Source: Dehalococcoidia bacterium
GTDB lineage: Bacteria; Chloroflexota; Dehalococcoidia; DSTF01; RBG-16-68-14
Direction of reading: 5' to 3'
DNA: 64,000 nucleotides
NCBI GenBank assembly: GCA_040882355.1
Contig: JBBEBM010000059.1
Coordinates: forward strand, 1 to 64,000
The number at the start of each line of letters is the position of its first letter. The stretch's first letter is position 1. The notes beneath the pieces were generated by a model that ran no database searches, was not told where the DNA came from, and worked only from the letters and a program-made list of their open reading frames with translations. The position numbers were made by a program, and so were the translations under genes. Positions 57,007 to 64,000 of this stretch are shown piece after piece.

Positions 57007-58884
57007 ATGGCAGAGTCGACAAACGGGCAGAGCAACGGCGCGCGACCGGCGGGGGCGACGGCGCTCGGGCGGGTTGGGGCGCCCAAGGACGCGGAGGCGA
57101 CGAGCGAGGAGTTCTACTTCTGGGCGCCCGACGACCGCCTGGTCGAGAAGACGCAGCTCGTCTACGTGGAGAGCCCGGCCGGTCCGAAGCCGGCGCACTT
57201 CTACGGCCTGGTAAGCGAGGTCTTCCGGCGCTCGCGGCGCATCGACATGCTGGAGGAATCGGACCGCTTCGACGGGCGGCCGGAGGAAGAGGTGCCGGTC
57301 GAGAGCCGGGGCGTGACCTACGCGCAGGTGCGCGTGCTCGCCTCGCAGACGGAGGCTGGACACGCGGTGTTCACCTCGCCTCGAGAAGAGAGCGTCGTCT
57401 ACCCGGCGTCCGAGGCGGACGTGCGAGTCGCGTACGGCTTCGGCGAGATGGAGAAGTCGGTCGCGATCGGGCTCGTGCGCAATGGCGGCGACCAGGTGAT
57501 CGGGCCGGCGTACATCGACTTGGACTACCTGCTGGGCGCGCAGGGCGGGCACATGAACGTCACGGGCATCGCCGGCGTCGGCACGAAGTCGAGCTTCCTG
57601 ACGGCGGTCCTGAGCCAGGTGCTGCGCTACTGCCAACGCGAGGCCCAGGAGCACCCGGAGAACGGCGAGAAGACGCAGGTGCGCCCGGTGATCCTGAACG
57701 TGAAGGGCTTCGACCTCTTCTGGCTCGACCACTGGTCGAAGGAGTTCACGGAGGAGGACCTGGCGTTCTGGCGCCAGATGGGCTGGGAGGAGCCGCGGCC
57801 GATGGACGTGGCGTTCTTCGCGCCGCAGCGTCCGGAGAGCGACAGCCTGTCGGTGACGGTGCCCGGCCGGAGCGACGTGCAGCCGTATAGCTGGTCGCTG
57901 GAGGACATCCTGGCGAGCGGCCTGTTCGTCTACCTGTTCAACGACAGCGACCGCGAGGACGACAACTTCGCGCTGCTGGTGGCCGATATCGAGCGGCTGC
58001 TCAGCCGCGAGCGACGCCAGCCGGACGGGACGCCGGTGCGCGAGATGCGCCGCGACACGATCGCGAAGACGTTCCAGGAGCTGTTCGACTGGTTCGAGCG
58101 CGGGCTGCAGCGCGAGACCGGCGAGGACAAGGGCGAGCCCTTCCCCGCCGACGCGCTCTTCATGCGCCTCGAGTCAGTCCATCATCCGGGCACCGTTCGC
58201 CGCTTCTACCGGAGGTTGCGGCGCGTCGTCTACGAGAGCGCGGGCATCTTCCGGCTCGACGGCGCTGGCAGCCACCCGCTCGACATCACGTCGATCGAGC
58301 CGGGGGGGGCNNNNNNNNNNATCGACATCGACCGGCTGCCCGACCGCCACTTGCAGCGCTTCGTCGTCGCGGCCCTGTTGAGGCAGGCGATCGATGATCG
58401 GACGCACGTCGCGCTGCAGGGCATGCACTACCTCTTCGTGCTCGACGAGCTGAACCGCTTCGCGCCGAAGGGCCACAGCGATCCAATCACCCAGCTCATC
58501 GAGACCGTCGCCGCCGAGATGCGCTCGCGTGGGGTGATCCTGCTCGGCGCGCAGCAGCAGGCGTCGCTCGTCTCGCCGCGTGTGGTCGAGAACAGCGCGA
58601 TACGCGTGCTCGGGCGCACGGGCGGCCACGAGCTGCGCCACGAGGTGTTCAGCTTCCTGGACGAGAGCATCCGCGACTACGTCGAGCAGCTCGGCGGATC
58701 GGACAAGGTCGTCCACCAGCCGAGCTTCCGGGAGCCGATGCACGTGCGCGTGCCGCGGCCGCCCTGGGCGATGCGCCGCGCGGAGGCGTCGCCGGAGCCG
58801 CCGGCGTTCCTGCGCGAGGCGAGCGCCGCGACGGTCGCAGGGCCGAAGCGTCTGCCGCCGCGCTCCTACGGGGAGATCCCGTAG
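57007..58884 (+). CDS. HerA-like helicase/ATPase (spans assembly gap)
   Basis: N-terminal HAS-barrel-like region, HMNVTGIAGVGTKSS Walker A variant, NVKG.DL, VLDELNRFAP, RSRGVILLGAQQ. Confidence 0.82.
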   Translation: MAESTNGQSNGARPAGATALGRVGAPKDAEATSEEFYFWAPDDRLVEKTQLVYVESPAGPKPAHFYGLVSEVFRRSRRIDMLEESDRFDGRPEEEVPVESRGVTYAQVRVLASQTEAGHAVFTSPREESVVYPASEADVRVAYGFGEMEKSVAIGLVRNGGDQVIGPAYIDLDYLLGAQGGHMNVTGIAGVGTKSSFLTAVLSQVLRYCQREAQEHPENGEKTQVRPVILNVKGFDLFWLDHWSKEFTEEDLAFWRQMGWEEPRPMDVAFFAPQRPESDSLSVTVPGRSDVQPYSWSLEDILASGLFVYLFNDSDREDDNFALLVADIERLLSRERRQPDGTPVREMRRDTIAKTFQELFDWFERGLQRETGEDKGEPFPADALFMRLESVHHPGTVRRFYRRLRRVVYESAGIFRLDGAGSHPLDITSIEPGGXXXXIDIDRLPDRHLQRFVVAALLRQAIDDRTHVALQGMHYLFVLDELNRFAPKGHSDPITQLIETVAAEMRSRGVILLGAQQQASLVSPRVVENSAIRVLGRTGGHELRHEVFSFLDESIRDYVEQLGGSDKVVHQPSFREPMHVRVPRPPWAMRRAEASPEPPAFLREASAATVAGPKRLPPRSYGEIP

Positions 58885-60080
58885 TGCGCATTCTCCACAC
58901 CAGCGACTGGCACCTGGGCGCGCGCCTGGGCTCGCAGGACCGGCTGGACGACACGTTCGCGCGGCTGCAGGAGCTGTGCGACTACATCGACAGGGAACAG
59001 GTCGACCTGCTGCTCGTCGCGGGCGACGTCTTCGACGAGCACCGGGCGGAGGCGCTGGCTCGCATCGTCGGGCGTCTCGGCAAGCTGCTGACGCCGCGCA
59101 TCGAAGCCGGGCTGACGTGCGTCTTCGTCGCGGGTAACCACGACCGCGAGCACGTCTTCCCGCTGCTCAGCGGCCTGCAGGAGCTCGTCGCGCCCGATCA
59201 TGAACAGCGCGTCGTCTTCGCCGACCGGCCGCGCATGCTGCCGGTGACGTCGCGCAGCGGCGAGGCCGCGCAACTGATGCTGCTGCCCTACCCGACACCG
59301 ATTCGCTACGCCCTCGCCGACCAGCGCTGGCCGAGCCCGGAGGAGAAGCGCAAGACGCTGGCCGCGGCCGTGCGCGCGTCGATCCAGGAGCTGGGGCGCG
59401 ACGCGACGAAGGGTGTGCCGGTGGTGCTCTGCGGCCACTTCCTGGTGCGCGGCGTGAAGGAGGGCATGTACCAGCTCAGCGAGCAGGAGGACGTGCCTGT
59501 CGAGCCGAGCGATCTGCCCAGCTACGCCTACATCGCGCTCGGCCACATCCACAAGCCGCAGCAGGTCGGCGCGCACTACATCCGCTACTGCGGCAGCCTG
59601 GACCGCATGGACCGCGGCGAGGCGCGCGATGCCAAACAGGCGTTGCTCGTCGAGCTGAGCAAGACGGGCCTGCGCGACATCCGCGAGTTGCCGCTGAACG
59701 CGACGCCGTTCCGCCACATCGAGGCGTCGTCCGAGGAGGAGCTGGAGCGCGCGGCGGAGTCGATGAGCGAGCCCGAGCGCACCCTTGTCTCGCTCACGCT
59801 GAAGCTGCGGCGCGAGCAGCGGCTGAGCCCGTTGCTGGCGCGCGCACGGCAGCTCTTCCCTCGGCTCTACGCGCCGCCCGACATTCGCTGGCAGGACGCG
59901 CGTTCGCCGGAGCGAGCGCAGTTCGCGCACGACCGGCGCGACGTGCGCGGCACGGTGCGTTCGTACCTGCAGCAGACGCTGACCGACGACAAGGAGGCCG
60001 GGGCGCTCGTGGCGCTGGCGGAGGAGCTGCTCGCCGAGGTCGACGCGTCGTCTGAGCGAGCGGAGGCGCCGACAGCATGA
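58884..60080 (+). CDS. sbcD: SbcD/Mre11 nuclease
   Basis: HTSDWHLG, AGDVFD, GNHD, ALGHIH, YCGS. Confidence 0.93.
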   Translation: MRILHTSDWHLGARLGSQDRLDDTFARLQELCDYIDREQVDLLLVAGDVFDEHRAEALARIVGRLGKLLTPRIEAGLTCVFVAGNHDREHVFPLLSGLQELVAPDHEQRVVFADRPRMLPVTSRSGEAAQLMLLPYPTPIRYALADQRWPSPEEKRKTLAAAVRASIQELGRDATKGVPVVLCGHFLVRGVKEGMYQLSEQEDVPVEPSDLPSYAYIALGHIHKPQQVGAHYIRYCGSLDRMDRGEARDAKQALLVELSKTGLRDIRELPLNATPFRHIEASSEEELERAAESMSEPERTLVSLTLKLRREQRLSPLLARARQLFPRLYAPPDIRWQDARSPERAQFAHDRRDVRGTVRSYLQQTLTDDKEAGALVALAEELLAEVDASSERAEAPTA

Positions 60081-62845
60081 TCCCGAGCCGGGTGCAGGTG
60101 CGCAACTTCCTCTGCTACGGCGAGGCGGACGGCGGCGGGCCGATCGAGTTCGACTTCGAGAACTCGCGGCTGTGGAGCATCTCCGGCGACAACGGCGCGG
60201 GCAAGAGCGCGATCTTCGACGCGATCACGTACGCGCTCTACGGCAAGCACCGAGGCGGCGCCCAGCGCGACGCGCGCCTGATCCACAAGGGCGCGACGGA
60301 GTGCGAGGTGTCGTTCGAGTTCGAGCTGGACGGCGAGCGCTACCGCGTCCGGCGCACGGTCGGCCGCCCGCGCAAGTCGGGCCAGGAGCCGAAGACGTGG
60401 CAGGCGGCGTGGTTCGACCCAGAGGCGCAGGACTGGCAGCCGGTTCCCGACACGGACCGCCAGGCGTGGTTCGACCGCTGGGTGCGTCAGAAGCTGGGCC
60501 TGGGCTACGAGACGTTCGTCGCGTCGGTGCTGCTTCTGCAAGGCCAGAGCGACCAGCTCATCCTGGCCGAGCCGCGCAAGCGCTTCGACATCCTCGGCGG
60601 CCTGCTGGAGCTGGAGGCGTACAAGCGGCTCGAGACGCTCGCCAAAGACCGCGAGCGCCAGGCCAAGGCCGACGCGAAGTCGCGCGAGGACCAGCTCTCA
60701 CACCTGCCGGCCGTCGACGCGGCGGAGATCGCGAAGGCGCGCCACGCCGTCGACGAAAGCGAGAGCGCGCTCGACGCCGCGCAGCAGGTCGCGACGCGGG
60801 CCGAGCTGATCGTGAGCGAAGCACGCCGATTCGCCGGCCTGCAGGGCGACCTCTGCGCCGCGAATCGCTCGTTGGACGACACACAACGGCTGCTCTGCGA
60901 CGCCGAGCGCATCCGCTGCGAATACCACGAATGGCGCTGCCTGTCGGACCACCTGCCGAAGCTGCGCGGCGCCGCGAACGACCTCGCGCAGGCAGACGAA
61001 CGCGCGGCGCAGGCGGAGCAGGCGCGCGTCGCTGTCGCGAATCACGATCTCGGAGCGCTGGAATGCGCCGCGACGCAAGCGGACGAGCGGGAGCGCGACG
61101 CCGCGCAGGCGCTCTGCCGGCTACGCGGCGACCACGACTCGCTTGGTGCGGCGCTGCCGCCGCTGCGCGAGGTGCTCCACCGCCGCCGCGACCTCGAAGA
61201 GCGCGAGCGCGCGCTGACCGACGCCGGAACGCCGGAGGCGCGGCAGGCCGCGCTCGGCGCAGCGACCGCAGCGCTGGCTGCGCAGCGGACGCAGCAGGGC
61301 GACGTTGAGGCGACCCGGACGCAGGCGCTCGAAGCGCGCGCGACCGCCGAGGCGGCGCTGCGTCAGGCCGAGGCGCAGCTTGGCGCGCGACGCGAGGCGA
61401 AGGGCGAGGCGGTCTGCTCGCACTGCGGCCAGCGCGTCGACGCGGAGCACATCCGTCGCGAGCTGACGGAGGCGCAGCACGCCGTCGCGACGGCGAAGGC
61501 GTCGCTCAATGACGCGGACGCTGCCCTCAAGCAATCCACGCATACGCTGAAAGACACGTCGTCGCAGGTCGGAGCTGCCGAGCAGACCGTCCGCGACGCC
61601 ACGGACGCGCTCGCGAACGCCGAACGCGCCGCGCAGGAGCGCGAGCGCGCCACGAACGCGATGAGCGACGCGCTGGACGCAGTCGATGACGTGCCGGAGA
61701 TGCTGCGAGTCGGGGTTGTCGAGGGGGCGCTGGGCGAGGCGGAGCAGTCGTACGAATCGAGCGCCAGCCAGCTCGCCGCGCTGAAGAAGGAGCTCGCGAA
61801 CGCTGAGCGGGCCGAGGGCGAGGCGCGCAAGCAGGCGCGACAGGCGCAGGAGGCGCTGCAAGGCGCCGCCCAGGAGCGCCAGCGCCTCGATGGCGAGGCG
61901 CGGCTGCACGATGAGCGGGCGCAGGCGCTGCGCGAGCAGGCGGACGTGCGCCTGGCCGACGTCGCGGCGGAGTGGCGCGAGCGCGCGCTGGCCCGGGACG
62001 CCGGCTTCCTCGATGCGCTGGAGACGCGCTTCGAGGCGCTGGACGGCATCGAAGCGCGACACGGCGCGCTGCAGGAGGCGGCGGCGGAGCGCGAGCGGCT
62101 CTCGCTGCGGATCGACGAGATCGAGCGCGGCATCGAGGGCATCGCGGCGGAGCACCGCCTGTCGTCGGACGACGCGGAGGCGCTTGGGCGGGCCGCGCGG
62201 GACGAGGCGTCGGCGGCGCAGCGCGCGCGCGACGGTGCCATCGCGACGCTGCGGCGGTTCGAAGAGCAGGGCGCGCGGCGCTGCACGCTCGAGAAGGAGG
62301 CTGGGGAGGCGCAGCGGCGGCGGGCGCTCTACGACCGGCTCGCCGACCTGCTCGGCCGGGGCGGGCTGCAGGCGCACCTCGTCGACGCGGCGGTGGGGGA
62401 CATCGCCGTGCTGGCGAACGAGACGCTGGCCCGCATCTCGGGCGGCCAGCTCCAGCTCCACCTGGAGCGCCAGCAGAACTCACGTGGCGAGGAGGAGATC
62501 GTGATCCAGGCGAGCGACCTCACCTACAGCGACGAACCGATGGACGTGCAGTTCCTGTCGGGCAGCCAGAAGTTCCGCGCGTCGGTGGCGCTGGCGGCGG
62601 CGATCGGCCAGTCGGCCGGGCGCGGCGCGGGGACGATCCGGGCGCTGATCATCGACGAGGGGTTCGGCAGCCTGGACACGGCGGGGCGCCAGGAGATGAT
62701 CGACGAGCTGCACAACCTGTCGGGCGTGCTCGACCGGGTGATCGTCGTCTCGCACCAGGAGGACTTCCGCGACCGCACCCTCTTCCCGACGGGCTACGTA
62801 CTGCACAAGAACGGTCGGGACACCGTGGTGGAGCGGTTCGTCTAG
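60077..62845 (+). CDS. sbcC: SbcC/Rad50 SMC ATPase
   Basis: GDNGAGKS, Q-loop LLQGQ, zinc hook CSHCG, LSGSQ, IIDEGFGSLD, VSH. Confidence 0.93.
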   Translation: MIPSRVQVRNFLCYGEADGGGPIEFDFENSRLWSISGDNGAGKSAIFDAITYALYGKHRGGAQRDARLIHKGATECEVSFEFELDGERYRVRRTVGRPRKSGQEPKTWQAAWFDPEAQDWQPVPDTDRQAWFDRWVRQKLGLGYETFVASVLLLQGQSDQLILAEPRKRFDILGGLLELEAYKRLETLAKDRERQAKADAKSREDQLSHLPAVDAAEIAKARHAVDESESALDAAQQVATRAELIVSEARRFAGLQGDLCAANRSLDDTQRLLCDAERIRCEYHEWRCLSDHLPKLRGAANDLAQADERAAQAEQARVAVANHDLGALECAATQADERERDAAQALCRLRGDHDSLGAALPPLREVLHRRRDLEERERALTDAGTPEARQAALGAATAALAAQRTQQGDVEATRTQALEARATAEAALRQAEAQLGARREAKGEAVCSHCGQRVDAEHIRRELTEAQHAVATAKASLNDADAALKQSTHTLKDTSSQVGAAEQTVRDATDALANAERAAQERERATNAMSDALDAVDDVPEMLRVGVVEGALGEAEQSYESSASQLAALKKELANAERAEGEARKQARQAQEALQGAAQERQRLDGEARLHDERAQALREQADVRLADVAAEWRERALARDAGFLDALETRFEALDGIEARHGALQEAAAERERLSLRIDEIERGIEGIAAEHRLSSDDAEALGRAARDEASAAQRARDGAIATLRRFEEQGARRCTLEKEAGEAQRRRALYDRLADLLGRGGLQAHLVDAAVGDIAVLANETLARISGGQLQLHLERQQNSRGEEEIVIQASDLTYSDEPMDVQFLSGSQKFRASVALAAAIGQSAGRGAGTIRALIIDEGFGSLDTAGRQEMIDELHNLSGVLDRVIVVSHQEDFRDRTLFPTGYVLHKNGRDTVVERFV

Positions 62846-62918
62846 GGGGCGGGGATGCTGGGAGGCGGGAGATTACTCTGCGACGAAACACCTTATGCGG
62901 AAATGGTAGTGTAGTCCA

Positions 62919-63668
62919 GTGTTACGCCTACGCCCGAAATGGCTCCGGCCTTGGGTTTCCTTGTTGGTGCCGCTCCGCGCTCTGGCCGATGCGCCAGACG
63001 TAGCCCAACTAGTAATCGTTGTGTTGGTCGCTTGCGGTATATCCGCCGGCGGCGGTTTTGGCATCGCCCAACTGGTAAATGCCACCGCTGGAACTGCTGG
63101 CGGCATAGCAATGGTCCTTGGGCTCCTATTTGGATTCGCAATGACAGCACTCTACCGCTCCTTTGCTGAGTTAGACCGCTATGTTGACTGGCGTCCATTA
63201 GAGGCTCAATACAACGCACCGGACGATTCCAACAAGGACTCTGTCTTTCTTGGCCTTCTCGTGCATAATCCTAACAGAATGGCGGCACCGAGGTGCTTTG
63301 GCGCCGTCTGGACATATACCCCGATTGGCGATGCATTAGGAATCGACTGCCCGCCACAGACGTTCCACTACACGTGGAGTACCCATAGCAGCCCGACCAT
63401 GAAGGCGGAGCGTCTCCTCACAATCCCTGGTGGAGCAAGTCGGGTTCTCGATCTTGGTTTCGTACCAAGGAGGTCGAACACATTCTGCCACGCGATTCCA
63501 CACGGAGAGGACTTAACGGTTACGTGCTTCCGTCCGCTTCCGCCAGGACTCTATCAGGTAGAAGTGGACTTGGGCTCCGAAGAAACGGGGCTTCCGACAA
63601 CGCGCATCACGCTGAGAATCCGCTACAGAGGTAACGACAGGATCGACTACTCTATCCTGCCAAGCTGA
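62919..63668 (+). CDS. hypothetical protein with N-terminal TM helices
   Basis: 249-aa ORF in lower-GC DNA, two hydrophobic segments then a beta-rich region; start uncertain. Confidence 0.6.
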   Translation: MLRLRPKWLRPWVSLLVPLRALADAPDVAQLVIVVLVACGISAGGGFGIAQLVNATAGTAGGIAMVLGLLFGFAMTALYRSFAELDRYVDWRPLEAQYNAPDDSNKDSVFLGLLVHNPNRMAAPRCFGAVWTYTPIGDALGIDCPPQTFHYTWSTHSSPTMKAERLLTIPGGASRVLDLGFVPRRSNTFCHAIPHGEDLTVTCFRPLPPGLYQVEVDLGSEETGLPTTRITLRIRYRGNDRIDYSILPS

Positions 63669-63759
63669 AGTCAGCGCGGCTCCCTGGAGTGATATGTGCT
63701 GGGGTCAAGAACCCGCGGGACCTATCACTTTCATCCGGAGATAGTGGCAAAGGAGTAGC

Positions 63760-64000
63760 ATGGGATACGGCAGGCTCGGCGTCGCTGCTGCGGTCGTCTC
63801 CTTCACTTCGTACATCACGCTGGAGATCTTCCAGGCACAAGGTTGGACCATGCCCGACCTTCTGGCCGCGAGCTTGGTCGCGCTCATGGTCTTGACGGGC
63901 AGCATGGCCTTCTTAGTAGTAGCCTATGAGTGCTGGCACGTGACCGGGCCTGTGCGATCCGCTTGGGGTTGGCGATGGCCTCTCTATCGACAGAATGCTC
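63760..64000 (+). CDS. hypothetical membrane protein (runs off window)
   Basis: Not in ORF track; AAGGAG RBS, open to the window end: MGYGRLGVAAAVVSFTSYITLEIFQAQGWTMPDLLAASLVALMVLTGSMAFLVVAY... Confidence 0.6.
   Translation, partial: MGYGRLGVAAAVVSFTSYITLEIFQAQGWTMPDLLAASLVALMVLTGSMAFLVVAYECWHVTGPVRSAWGWRWPLYRQNA

Noticed and set aside
55919..62845. Wadjet (JetABCD) or MukBEF assignment for the SMC-containing operon
   Set aside because: The SMC protein has a Rad50 zinc hook and an Mre11-type partner; no kleisin, KITE or Toprim gene
63705..63905. 66-aa minus-strand ORF in the track
   Set aside because: Overlaps a better-supported plus-strand ORF (AAGGAG RBS, ATG 63760) that runs off the window

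Overview
High-GC bacterial chromosomal segment, apparently a draft or metagenome assembly (10-N gaps at 49788-49797 and 58311-58320). Gene content and style (translin-like gene, FmdB pairs, hydrolase-cyclase fusions, leaderless genes) suggest Chloroflexota, probably Dehalococcoidia-like; this is an inference. Left to right: a Flp pilin/ECF sigma/VWA-FHA/LPXTG/ATPase surface module with a c-di-GMP-I-like leader RNA; an unusual TA-like pair; a CAP protein; a frameshifted degenerate GGDEF gene; tandem signal peptidases; a cyclase-NTPase-hydrolase fusion; an 8-gene two-component/HD-GYP cluster; then the most striking region. Between rnhB and yraN lie about 7.7 kb of one- to two-gene cargo blocks (including coaD), separated by diverged copies of the first ~18 codons of yraN. 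The four clear copies break at the same point, one rnhB 3' end is also duplicated, and no integrase is present in the window. This resembles a cassette array built by repeated insertion into yraN. After it come ftsH, rex, a DUF433/PIN TA pair, a MITE, hrcA-grpE-orf-dnaK with CIRCE, fabH plus a ketosynthase lacking its catalytic Cys, MBL hydrolases, murE, duplicated LysM-M23 genes and a nurA-herA-mre11(sbcD)-rad50(sbcC) operon. No rRNA, tRNA or CRISPR array was recognised. All family calls come from motif recognition by eye, not from database searches.
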